Below, one piece after another: positions 27,162-36,386 of a stretch of 64,000 nucleotides of DNA. The stretch is from the NCBI GenBank assembly GCA_964635325.1, contig CAZWOL010000006.1, positions 3,849-67,848 on the forward strand, written 5' to 3'. How positions within the stretch are numbered: position 1 is the stretch's first letter; every line of letters starts with the position of its first letter. Source of the DNA: an uncultured Pseudobdellovibrionaceae bacterium (GTDB lineage: Bacteria; Bdellovibrionota_B; Oligoflexia; Oligoflexales; Bog-1112). Both the position numbers and the translations under genes were made by a program. Under the pieces are notes generated by a model, which saw nothing but the letters and a program-made list of their open reading frames with translations, did not search any database and was not told the origin of the DNA.

Positions 27162-28670
27162 TCAGCTCTCGAGCCCTCGACTCGTATGTTCAGCAACTTT
27201 TTCTTCAATCTCTTTTTTAAGTCGACCCACTGCGAAAACCCATGCAACGAGGATGATTGCTGTCAGCACAGCAATGTATGGAACTGTCGCTGCAAGTCCA
27301 CCAACAAAGTAAAGCAGGAATTGGAATATAAAAGACCCACCAGACTTACCTAGACGAGCACCAATACCATCAATAACGGCCTTACCCATGCGCTGACTGT
27401 GTCGACTTAGAGGAATAAAAGCCATCTCCTTGGTTGCATCAAAGACCGTGTACTTAGAAGCTCGGACCAAACAATGCTGTATAGAACCGATAAGCACTAC
27501 GATGTGGATAAAGGGTGACGAGAAGAGACTGATCACCACATCACCAAGCAGACCTTGGTCAAAGAGCAAGCAAAAGAAAAAGGCAGCACAAGTGATCGCA
27601 AGCAATATAGGCGTCATCAAGGCAGCGGGATACCAACCAAACTTTTGAATCACTTTTCCGGAAACAAAAACCGCAAGAAGAGTCGCAACGATACCTTTAA
27701 TCGTAGAAACTTGATTAAGATAGATGTTCAGTGCGCCAGTATCTTCTTTGAAGCGTTGGCCCACCTGATCAGTCCACAGAATATCTGCCAGGTTGTAGAC
27801 AATATAGTAACCGAGAACCACAATAGCCAGATACGTGAGGTGTCGAGACTTGCGAACGTATCGGAAGCTCTCGAGAAGCGAAAAGCCTTTTTCTTCTTCC
27901 TGATCAATCTTATGTGTGCCATCTAAGACAAGAGTTTGGTCTTTGGCAATGAGACGGTTTAGACCATAGAAAAATGCTAAAAGTGCGATACCAGCAAGCA
28001 CAACACTCCATATGAAGAACTCAAGAGACTCTCCCCAATTGCTACCCTGATAGCAAAGGCAGAAGTGCCCAGCAGCGACCGGAGCAATGTTTGCACTCAA
28101 AGCAAAGACACTGTAGGAGCGCTTGGCCTCTGAAAAAACTGTGACTTCATTCACAAAGCCCCAGAACAGCATGTTGAGAATAATATTCCCCCAAAGCTCG
28201 GAGAATAGATAAAAAAGTGTGTAATGCCAGTATCGCACCATTGCGACAAAACCTTTGGCTCCAGCTGGAAGAACGGCCTGTAGAAAGTCCCCTCCACGAA
28301 CCCATTCTAGCTGCTCACGATTGGGATAGATGACGGTAATAAAAAAGATAAAAAAGAAAAGGAAGATGGAAACCATAACATAGAAGACTTTTTCGATACC
28401 CATCCTGCGCACAAGCACGGTGAAGAGCAGGGTGAGCAACAAAGTACCCGGGAGTATGCCCCAAATCTTAATAAATGGAATAATCTCGGCTCCAGTGCTC
28501 TGACTGGACACGACCATAGCGATCTTGATCGTACGTAAGATATCGTAAATAAATGCAATCAGGAAAAAAATGATAAGCGTTGTAAAAAACCTGAGACGAT
28601 TATGCTCAGGAATAGGAAGGCCCCAATCAGCCAATTTCTTATTGATTTTAGGCCAATAGTGACTTGCCAT
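27162..28670 (-). CDS. tlc: TLC/NTT-family nucleotide (ATP/ADP-type) transporter
   Basis: 502 aa, about 12 hydrophobic segments. The N-terminal third YDILRTIKIAMVVSSQSTGAEIIPFIKIWGILPGTL parallels the remembered Chlamydia Npt1 / Rickettsia Tlc1 block (YTILRDTKDTLIVT..GAEAIPFIKLW.VVPSAV). Confidence 0.85.
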   Translation of the reverse strand: MASHYWPKINKKLADWGLPIPEHNRLRFFTTLIIFFLIAFIYDILRTIKIAMVVSSQSTGAEIIPFIKIWGILPGTLLLTLLFTVLVRRMGIEKVFYVMVSIFLFFFIFFITVIYPNREQLEWVRGGDFLQAVLPAGAKGFVAMVRYWHYTLFYLFSELWGNIILNMLFWGFVNEVTVFSEAKRSYSVFALSANIAPVAAGHFCLCYQGSNWGESLEFFIWSVVLAGIALLAFFYGLNRLIAKDQTLVLDGTHKIDQEEEKGFSLLESFRYVRKSRHLTYLAIVVLGYYIVYNLADILWTDQVGQRFKEDTGALNIYLNQVSTIKGIVATLLAVFVSGKVIQKFGWYPAALMTPILLAITCAAFFFCLLFDQGLLGDVVISLFSSPFIHIVVLIGSIQHCLVRASKYTVFDATKEMAFIPLSRHSQRMGKAVIDGIGARLGKSGGSFIFQFLLYFVGGLAATVPYIAVLTAIILVAWVFAVGRLKKEIEEKVAEHTSRGLES

Positions 28671-28999
28671 AGTTCCCCCCGCTGAGAAAAAAAGAAGCTC
28701 TTGGACTCAGCAAATTTTGTAAAGAAATTCGCAACATACCCTAACTATTTATCTTTAGAATCAGAGTTCGGTAAACGGCCGACTTTTTCAGAATTGGAGG
28801 AGGCATTCTTCTCACAATTCTTGACAAACTGGAAGGAAAACCTTCTTAACGCAGTAAATTCAGGAAGATAACTATAAAACGCGCAAAGGACAGACCTACT
28901 TAAACGCTAATTTTCGTCAAATGGAGTCAATGGTTTGCAAATTTCTACCGATACGAAGGAGAAAGCTAAACGTACCGCCTAAAGAAGACTGAGAACGCT

Positions 29000-30253
29000 A
29001 TGCAACGAACCTCAACCAATGTCATCGGCGCTTTGTTACTCCTTGGGATCACCCCTCTGATATCACTATGCACACCAGCAAGCGTCCAATCTATCGACAA
29101 ATCCTCAAAAACAGTGGGAACCTCTCTAGCGGAACATGCCAGTTCAAGCACATCAACCGAGATCGAAACACGTCCATCTGTTTCTGCAAATGAAATTGAT
29201 ACGGATGAATTTATGATTCGTAGAATAAGCGTTGGAATGGAAACCTATATCAACTCTCAGACACCGGTTGTGAATTTTGAAGTGCCAAAGAATGCAGATT
29301 GGGTGGAAATCACTCGCTGTTCGACCAACCTAAGCATCCGTGGAATTAGCAATACAACACGCATCGAAGATATAGAACTTGCTAACCTTAGCCCACTTGA
29401 AGAAGAACAATTATTCAAAAACAATGACTATTGGAACATCGCAAACAAAAGCGGCTGCGAACAAGTAACGTCCGGTACTGTGATTCCCAATTTTTACGAT
29501 TCATGGGCACCGAGTGGGAGCTTTCGTTATCTACTTCGGGCTTGCGTGAGTGCTGACCGTCTCACAGATACGACAATCATAGGTAATCGCAATTGCTCGA
29601 GACAGATCGCAGTTTCCGGTCCAACGCTCGACTATGTAAACACGCGTGAGAAAGCTCAAAAAGATGCGCTATCTGATGCAAACGTTGCATCGTCTGAAAT
29701 TCTTGCAATTCTACGCACCGCAAAACAACAGGCTGATACATACGCCTGTTACATACAGTGGTGCGAATGCGGAACAACCGCAAATGACCAGTCCATCTGC
29801 CAAAGGGACGAAAAAGGTCTGCCTAAGAGCTGCGATAATGGAGAATACGCTCGACAGGTCGACAAAAAGAAAAAAGATGCAGTCACTATGCTTGTCGCAA
29901 TTGGACTTGATATTGCTCTTGCTGCAGCCACAACACCCTCTATTGGACCCCTTTCTCTATTGATGAATAGCGTTGCTATTAGTGGTATGTCTTTTAGTGT
30001 TATGTTCAAATCATTAGTAGTACAGACACAAGACTTCCCTCGTGTCTGCAGCAAGGGCATTGCTCTAGACTCTCAAATGTCGACAACAGCTAAAGCTGTG
30101 CAAGCTGCCAAAGCTAAGTACGATTACAGCATGTGCAAAGTGCAGTCCATCAGCGCACAAACAGGAGCTGCCGCAGGGACAGATGCTGCTGCAGGCGACA
30201 ACAAATTGGATTGTAGCGGCACAGACACAACTGGAGGGGGACAGAACCAATGA
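29000..30253 (+). CDS. Exported Cys-rich protein of unknown family, paralogue A (417 aa)
   Basis: N-terminal signal sequence (ALLLLGITPLISLC) and an S/T-rich linker. Conserved block SGSFRYLLRACVSADR..NRNCS is shared with the next ORF. Gly/Ala-rich hydrophobic stretch MLVAIGLDIALAAATTPSIGPLSLLMNSVAISGMSFSVMF and an Ala/Gly/Thr-rich tail. Confidence 0.7.
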   Translation: MQRTSTNVIGALLLLGITPLISLCTPASVQSIDKSSKTVGTSLAEHASSSTSTEIETRPSVSANEIDTDEFMIRRISVGMETYINSQTPVVNFEVPKNADWVEITRCSTNLSIRGISNTTRIEDIELANLSPLEEEQLFKNNDYWNIANKSGCEQVTSGTVIPNFYDSWAPSGSFRYLLRACVSADRLTDTTIIGNRNCSRQIAVSGPTLDYVNTREKAQKDALSDANVASSEILAILRTAKQQADTYACYIQWCECGTTANDQSICQRDEKGLPKSCDNGEYARQVDKKKKDAVTMLVAIGLDIALAAATTPSIGPLSLLMNSVAISGMSFSVMFKSLVVQTQDFPRVCSKGIALDSQMSTTAKAVQAAKAKYDYSMCKVQSISAQTGAAAGTDAAAGDNKLDCSGTDTTGGGQNQ

Positions 30254-31599
30254 AACTAAAGATCAAAAACTCTCTGTCTCAATTTGTTTTAACAGGACTG
30301 ATTGCTAGTAGCGCATTCTTCACGTTTGCATGCACACAATCTTCAAATACAAATAAAACAACAAATAGCTCTGGAGTGCAGCCCAAAACATCTCTGGGTA
30401 CTGATGGATCCTCAACATCAAGCGACACTTCGACAGATACTACACTCGCTTCAATAAATCCAACGACAGCTTCTGCTTCGATCGACAGCAAAGTCAATAT
30501 GACTGTATCTGATGTAGTTAATGACAGCAGCATTCTTTTCCCAACCCTAACCATCAACAAAGTTACTGCAGACTTCATTCGTCTCCTACGCTGTCCAGCA
30601 AGCTACGAGTTTCAAACTCTCAGTGGTAAAAAAATTCGTGGTGCAAACATGAGTTCTCTCACTATAGTAGAACGCAAATATGCATGGAGCGATGCTACCG
30701 GTGATAATCGCAAGTGTAAGATCGTTGCATCCTACATCAATAGCCCGACATACATCGATATTACACCTAGCTCCGGAAGTTTTTTCTATGTCGCAAACCC
30801 TTGCGTAACCCAAGCACGATCAACAACTGGACAAGAAGAGTGTAGCTATGACCTATCATTTTCAGAGTCCGTAATCAGTTATGAAAACACACTTATAGAC
30901 AAAATACGCGACCAAGCCATAGCCCTCTCTAAGGATCAAGCAATTCTGAATGCGGCTATCGATGATGTCCGCATAACCGCAAAAAAACTAGAAAATAGCA
31001 TCAACGCGTGCCAAGAATACTTTGCTTTTACAGAAACCCAAAAATCGATACGCAGCGGACTTATTATGCTTGGTATTAATATCGTTGGTTCCGTACTTGG
31101 GGGTGTGCTTTTTGGTCCGAATGGAGCAATAATGGTCGGAATGATGACGCAGCTCATGGGAGCCGAGATGCTCAAACCACTGCTTGGACTAGAAACAGGC
31201 TTTGACACCTGTCTAAGTGGTGAAGAATCCGTTGCTCAGCAAGGACTCACAGATCAAAAAGCGATCGACAAAGCACGACAATTCGCACAAATGTATGAAG
31301 AAAAATTCAATGTTCGCGAAACCATAAATCATCTCACCACACTGCTTGCAGATCCACAGGCTGCGGACCCATCGACAACACCACCGACTCCTGCGAGTCC
31401 TGGAGGAACAATTGCACAAGCAATTGCCCGCATGAAGAAAACGATGGATGAAATGCATGCACTCGATGCTAGGATAACCTCTGCAAATGTAGCTGTCGCA
31501 AAAGGGAATAAATTTGTCGAAAAAATCAAAGAGCAGCCTGCAAACAGTGACGGAACTCTACCGTTTGATATCTCTTCGCTATTTTCTACAGCTCAATAA
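30250..31599 (+). CDS. Putative lipoprotein of unknown family, paralogue B (449 aa)
   Basis: The ATG overlaps the upstream stop (ATGA, 4 nt). Lipobox-like AFFTFAC and an S/T-rich linker. Block SGSFFYVANPCVTQAR..QEECS is paralogous to ORF A. Glycine-zipper-like stretch GLIMLGINIVGSVLGGVLFGPNGAIMVGMM. Confidence 0.7.
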   Translation: MKLKIKNSLSQFVLTGLIASSAFFTFACTQSSNTNKTTNSSGVQPKTSLGTDGSSTSSDTSTDTTLASINPTTASASIDSKVNMTVSDVVNDSSILFPTLTINKVTADFIRLLRCPASYEFQTLSGKKIRGANMSSLTIVERKYAWSDATGDNRKCKIVASYINSPTYIDITPSSGSFFYVANPCVTQARSTTGQEECSYDLSFSESVISYENTLIDKIRDQAIALSKDQAILNAAIDDVRITAKKLENSINACQEYFAFTETQKSIRSGLIMLGINIVGSVLGGVLFGPNGAIMVGMMTQLMGAEMLKPLLGLETGFDTCLSGEESVAQQGLTDQKAIDKARQFAQMYEEKFNVRETINHLTTLLADPQAADPSTTPPTPASPGGTIAQAIARMKKTMDEMHALDARITSANVAVAKGNKFVEKIKEQPANSDGTLPFDISSLFSTAQ

Positions 31600-31605
31600 G
31601 CATCT

Positions 31606-31890
31606 TTAGTCTTCGTACTCATCCTCAGCATCGATAGAATCGATATCTTCGATAAACAGCTTGTCTTCAAGCACACGACCCAGACCATGATTTTCAATAT
31701 AGGCCAAGATTTCATCGCGATGATGCGTAAGCTTGTCTCTGGTCTTGCCTAACATTACAACTGCTATATATAACGAAAGTTCCGAACCTCGCTGATATGG
31801 CTTTGCCACTACTTTAAATTGCGAACGCATACGTTCACAAAGCTTAGTAGCATGCGAGTAGCTCAACTCGTTGATGGTTTCATTGTCCAT
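31606..31890 (-). CDS. Small hypothetical protein with acidic C-terminal tail (94 aa)
   Basis: ORF-track 31606-31986 trimmed to the ATG at 31890 (MDNETINELSYSH...) to remove the overlap with epmA. Ends in EDIDSIDAEDEYED. Confidence 0.5.
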   Translation of the reverse strand: MDNETINELSYSHATKLCERMRSQFKVVAKPYQRGSELSLYIAVVMLGKTRDKLTHHRDEILAYIENHGLGRVLEDKLFIEDIDSIDAEDEYED

Positions 31891-31916
31891 TTCGATTTTA
31901 ATAATTCCAAAATTCA

Positions 31917-32912
31917 CTAAACTTCCTCCAAAGCAGTTGAATAAGGCAGATCCTTCCGAAATGGAATAACCGCATCCACATCGCATCCTAAAATCAAAGC
32001 TAGCAGCCTATCCAAACCCAGGGCATTACCAAAACAGTCTGGCATTCCTCGATCAAGCGCTGAATGAAAGTCCTCATCGACTTCTGGGAGAGTCTTTGCC
32101 ATAAGAGCGCGCTCTTCAAGGACATCACGAACCCGCTTACGATTTTCTTCGGGATCGCAAAGTTCATGAAAACCATTGCTCAATTCAATGCCATGAATAT
32201 AAAACTCAAAACGTTTCGCTACTCCATTTTCGACACGAGCTAAGGCTGCCTGTGATGCAGGATAATCATAGAGGACTACCCATCCCAAACTCGTCAAAGC
32301 AGGTTCTATTTTTTCTAGAAGAATCTTAAAAAAAGCTGTCGCAAAATCTTCATAGCCTTGGATGGAAATCACTCCAAGTGCCTTCGCCTTAGCCGCTAGT
32401 TGAGGGTCGTTATCGATAAGTGTAAGACCCGCATATTTTTCAAAGGCTTCATAAACACTGATCGCATGCAGTTTGGCATTAGAATCTAACGCAACACTGA
32501 ATTCCGCTGCTAGGTCACGAATGCAGAAGCGAATGAGATCCTCACTAAGCTGCAAAAAAGCAGACCACGTTGCACCGACCTGATAAAACTCGAGCATGGT
32601 AAATTCTGGATGATGCCACGGTCCTATCTCACCTTCGTTACGGAAGCAGGGGGCTATTTGATAAAGCGCAGGAATGCCTGCTGCAATGGCTCGTTTGAGA
32701 GCAAGCTCAGGACTAGAGCGCATCCATAAAGGATGGGCTCTACGATGATGATCTATCCAATGCGTTTGAAAATACTCGAGGTACAGTTCTGTTCCAGGAC
32801 ACTTCACAAGAATAGGGGTATCCACCTCGAGGAAGTTCCTGGAATCAAAAAAGCGTTGTACAGAGCGTTTAAGCTTATTCCTTGCGCGTAAGAGACTTGC
32901 TAGATTTTCCAT
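31917..32912 (-). CDS. epmA: EF-P beta-lysine ligase (EpmA/PoxA/GenX; truncated class-II LysRS paralogue)
   Basis: 331 aa. N-terminus RARNKLKRSVQRFFDSRNFLEVDTPILV plus CFRNEG and the EFTMLEFY class-II motif 2 region. Lacks an anticodon-binding domain, and the length fits EpmA. Confidence 0.85.
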   Translation of the reverse strand: MENLASLLRARNKLKRSVQRFFDSRNFLEVDTPILVKCPGTELYLEYFQTHWIDHHRRAHPLWMRSSPELALKRAIAAGIPALYQIAPCFRNEGEIGPWHHPEFTMLEFYQVGATWSAFLQLSEDLIRFCIRDLAAEFSVALDSNAKLHAISVYEAFEKYAGLTLIDNDPQLAAKAKALGVISIQGYEDFATAFFKILLEKIEPALTSLGWVVLYDYPASQAALARVENGVAKRFEFYIHGIELSNGFHELCDPEENRKRVRDVLEERALMAKTLPEVDEDFHSALDRGMPDCFGNALGLDRLLALILGCDVDAVIPFRKDLPYSTALEEV

Positions 32913-35394
32913 GATTTTGGGTCTTTCTTCGAGCCGCTGCTTGAGGAACTAATTTTGGATCAAGAAGTTCCTGGTTGAAGTTGGCGGACTCTAGCTTCTT
33001 ATGGTCCATTTTAGCAAGCTTTTTACTGATAATATCCAGAGCTGTGCCTTTAGCAAAGGTCTTCTCGTGGACCGACTTAGCTCCAAAAGCGACCCCTGTT
33101 GCAATCTCAAAAGCCTCCCAAAAGTAACGCACTGGATATATCTTTAGGTAATTGCGAGCTATAGCCTGACGAGTTTCTTTGTCGAGCATGAGATTTGAAC
33201 AATTTTGAATGGGAATGATCACCTTGTAATTTTTTCCCTTACCCAATGTCTTACAGGTGCGATAAAAGCCCTCTATCTTTTCATTAATTCCACCTACTGG
33301 TTGAATGTCCCCAAGCTGGTTTAAACTGCCGGTCATAGCCATATTCTGGCACACCGGTATCTCCGCAAGCGCACTGATGACTGCCGTCAATTCGGAGGCT
33401 GTAGCACTGTCACCATCGATCATGTCATAGGACTGCTCAAAACACAGACTTGCCGAAATACCCAACGAGTATTGTCGAGCAAGTAAAGCTGTGAGAAATC
33501 CCGAAAGAATGTACATGCCTTTGTCGTGAATCTTACCCGATAGCTTACTTGCCCGATCGATATTGAAGATTCCATTGTTACTAATTGAGGTCGTACAAGT
33601 GATACGACAGATTTTACCAAAACTGTAATCACCCAGATCGTATACGCTCAAACCATTGACCTGACCTATGCGCTTACCTTCGATAGACACCATAATATCT
33701 CGTGTGCGAACCATATCCATGAGATGACGTTCGAAAAGATTAACGCGATAGAATTTTTGCTCTAAAGCTCGCTCGACATGGCTACGTTTAACAACTTTCT
33801 GTCGCTGTTCACGAGCAACAAATTCAGCCTCGATAATGATATCTTTAATCTTACTAAACTCAGTCGTAAGCTTACTTTGATCCCCCACAAGACGTGAGCT
33901 ATGTTCGATAATTGCAGCAACACCGCTTGGATCAAAGTGATGAAGTTTCTCTTTTTCGCAACGTGTCGCAATAAACGAAACATAGGCTTGCATGTTTTCT
34001 TTACTGCGCACCATTTTGTAATCAAAATCAGATTTAATCTTAAAAATCTTTGGAAACTCGTCATCCAAACTTAAAAGCAAATGATAAACCTCATCCCCTC
34101 CGATCATCAGCACCTTTAGATCAAGGGGAATAGGCTGAGGTCGCAATGTGGATGCAGGAATCAAAGCAAGATGCTCATCTAATTCTTCAACATAGCCCTC
34201 ACGATTACGCAAAACTCTCTTCAGACTCTCCCATACGTAGGGCACCTTAAGAAGGTCCTGCACATCCAGAATAAGAAAGCCACCGTTAGCTCGGTGAATT
34301 GCTCCCGCTTTGATTTTGGTAAAATCAGTAACATACATCCCATGATCGACACTGCGTTCGATTTTGCCAAAGAGATTGTAGTATGTAGGGTTGGTCTCAA
34401 GAAGAACCGGAGCACATTTTGACTTTGCATTGTCTACAAATACGTTCACTTTATATTTTACAAAATGATCACGCTCCAGACTCATACCTTGCTCAGTCTC
34501 CGCACCCACCTCATCAGCATGAACAAAGTCTGAGAGATTTTCGACGATATGATCACGCACTTGCTCAAGATACTCAACGAGCTCTGCATACTTCACACAG
34601 GCCTTAGCTAGAGGCTCTATGGCTACCTCTACCATCTTACGCCCAATCTCTTTCTCTAGATCACGAATCAGCTCCTTTGTTTTCACTTCAATTGTTCGGA
34701 TCTTACGCGCGTATTTCAGGACTATTGGCTCCAGGGTGCTGCGTTTCTCTTCGATCTTCTCTTTTTCTTTGTCTTTGAGTTTTCCGTATTCTTTCTCAGT
34801 CAGCGCACGCCCACCTGCAACCGGAATAGTTTCGATTCCGATAGATGTGGATTTCAATTGAAAACTCATTCGCTTGGCTATTTTTTCGAGTTCTGCATAT
34901 TTTTTTGCCTGCTTTTCACTGCTATGAGACATGATACTACTCACAGTGCGTTCATAGTCTTCACTTTGCAAGGCTGAAGGAATCGCACGTCTTAGATCAC
35001 CTATGAAGCTATCCATAAGACGTGCAAATCGGCTTCCCTCACCTGAATGCAACTGCACTGCTCGAGGAGTATCTCTTTTGTTAAAGTCGTAAACGTAGAT
35101 CCAGTCGTTGGGTTCGGGAAGATTCTTTGCGTGTTTTTCAACAAAATTCTGAATAACCCCAGTCTTGCCTGTTCCGGAATAACCAGAAACGTAGATGTTG
35201 TACCCTGGTTTTTTTATACCAAGACCAACATCAATTGCACGGACCGCACCCGCTTGAGAGATAATCTCATCACTGGGTTTGATCTGACGTGTATCCTGGA
35301 ATTTAAAGAAACTGGAGGGACAAGATAAAAATACCTGATCGGCTTTTAGCGGCTTGGTGATCTCGTGATGTTTTTTTTTAAGCGCACAGGTCAT
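32875..35394 (-). CDS. LonC-like (COG1067-type) AAA+/S16 protease with a large coiled-coil insertion
   Basis: 839 aa. Walker A GYSGTGKTG, Walker-B-like GGFLILDVQD (no DE pair), and a K/E-rich insertion of roughly 150 aa. C-terminal Lon protease domain with the Ser context MIDGDSATASEL and Lys context GGINEKIEGF. The 3' end overlaps epmA by 38 nt. Confidence 0.85.
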   Translation of the reverse strand: MTCALKKKHHEITKPLKADQVFLSCPSSFFKFQDTRQIKPSDEIISQAGAVRAIDVGLGIKKPGYNIYVSGYSGTGKTGVIQNFVEKHAKNLPEPNDWIYVYDFNKRDTPRAVQLHSGEGSRFARLMDSFIGDLRRAIPSALQSEDYERTVSSIMSHSSEKQAKKYAELEKIAKRMSFQLKSTSIGIETIPVAGGRALTEKEYGKLKDKEKEKIEEKRSTLEPIVLKYARKIRTIEVKTKELIRDLEKEIGRKMVEVAIEPLAKACVKYAELVEYLEQVRDHIVENLSDFVHADEVGAETEQGMSLERDHFVKYKVNVFVDNAKSKCAPVLLETNPTYYNLFGKIERSVDHGMYVTDFTKIKAGAIHRANGGFLILDVQDLLKVPYVWESLKRVLRNREGYVEELDEHLALIPASTLRPQPIPLDLKVLMIGGDEVYHLLLSLDDEFPKIFKIKSDFDYKMVRSKENMQAYVSFIATRCEKEKLHHFDPSGVAAIIEHSSRLVGDQSKLTTEFSKIKDIIIEAEFVAREQRQKVVKRSHVERALEQKFYRVNLFERHLMDMVRTRDIMVSIEGKRIGQVNGLSVYDLGDYSFGKICRITCTTSISNNGIFNIDRASKLSGKIHDKGMYILSGFLTALLARQYSLGISASLCFEQSYDMIDGDSATASELTAVISALAEIPVCQNMAMTGSLNQLGDIQPVGGINEKIEGFYRTCKTLGKGKNYKVIIPIQNCSNLMLDKETRQAIARNYLKIYPVRYFWEAFEIATGVAFGAKSVHEKTFAKGTALDIISKKLAKMDHKKLESANFNQELLDPKLVPQAAARRKTQNHGKSSKSLTRKE

Positions 35395-36089
35395 CCTTCC
35401 TTTATTGGGTAAAGTTGATTCACAAGGGCTTTATATTCTTCCCATAGCTCGTAACGAGCTGCAGGTTCTTCGATCGCCGCCAGAATACTCCCCAAAAGCA
35501 GAGGGCCTTTGGCTGAGTTTTCATTCAGAAAATACTCTCCATAGGCATCGATGAAATCGATAGCCTCCGAAACTCCATCACGATTTTGATGGCTCATCGC
35601 AACAGAGACACCCTTCTGAAGCCAACGGCTAATTTCTTGAATATTGACCTCGGCCCGAATTCCCATACGGATTAGATCACTGCAAAGAGTCGTCAAATAT
35701 TCGCGAGGAAGTTCGCTCTCATACTGACCCGCAAAATAGCAAAGTGTTTTGTATGCATGGATCCATTTGCCTTCGGCTTGCGTAGCACGGATCTTATTCA
35801 TGACAGCATCAAAAGCACGCACAGCCTTGCGACGGCTCTCCGACTTTTTGCGCTCACGCTCCTCGATCTGATCTTTGTAGCGTCGCCGCAGTAGCGCAAC
35901 CGCTTCAAACAACTCACTGCCGCTCACGGTGCCACCGATTTCAACCTCTTTGCCCAAGCCCTCGTTGAGGTACTGCAAGACATGGGGAAGAGACGTGTCC
36001 GTTGCTTCTGCGAGCTTATGAACCGTCCACTTATCGTGCACCGACCAATTGTTGATAACTTCATTAGCCTTGTAGATAAAGTCGATCAT
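35391..36089 (-). CDS. Hypothetical protein (232 aa), possible N-terminal HTH, coupled to the LonC-like gene
   Basis: The stop overlaps the LonC-like ATG (ATGA). The N-terminal WTVHKLAEATDTSLPHVLQYL looks HTH-like, and the rest is helical. No family recognised. Confidence 0.6.
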   Translation of the reverse strand: MIDFIYKANEVINNWSVHDKWTVHKLAEATDTSLPHVLQYLNEGLGKEVEIGGTVSGSELFEAVALLRRRYKDQIEERERKKSESRRKAVRAFDAVMNKIRATQAEGKWIHAYKTLCYFAGQYESELPREYLTTLCSDLIRMGIRAEVNIQEISRWLQKGVSVAMSHQNRDGVSEAIDFIDAYGEYFLNENSAKGPLLLGSILAAIEEPAARYELWEEYKALVNQLYPIKEG

Positions 36090-36346
36090 AGACCACTCAT
36101 CCCCGAAGGTCTTGCCAAGAGAAAAAGGTTACACAACCCCGGTCTTGGAAGACGGTGTCATTCTGTGAAGGATCTTTATTGATAGTATAAGGGATGTTCA
36201 GCCAGGTCGCCAATGGGACTGACGGAATAGAATGCAGGAATAAATTCTTGAAAAGACCGCAAATCGACCAATTAGGTTTTTATTTCACCTAATTAATCAA
36301 TTTACGGCCTAGCAATCACGACGGGAATTTAAAAATTATCCCTTAG

Positions 36347-36386
36347 TGCGTAATGAGCGTCTCTTACGCATCATTCTTCTTTTTTT
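36347..36386 (+). terminator. Orphan terminator-like hairpin in a 550-nt non-coding region
   Basis: TGCGTAA-(10 nt)-TTACGCA followed by TCATTCTTCTTTTTTT. No plus-strand ORF lies upstream of it. Confidence 0.35.

Noticed and set aside
31891-31986. N-terminal 32-codon extension of the small acidic ORF given in the ORF track
   Set aside because: It would overlap the epmA 3' end by 70 nt in another frame. The internal ATG at 31890 gives a compact gene without overlap.
32875-35394. Lon-like protease as BrxL of a BREX defence system
   Set aside because: No PglX methyltransferase, BrxC ATPase, PglZ or other BREX components are in the flanks. The architecture (coiled-coil insertion, degenerate Walker B) fits housekeeping LonC-type proteases better.
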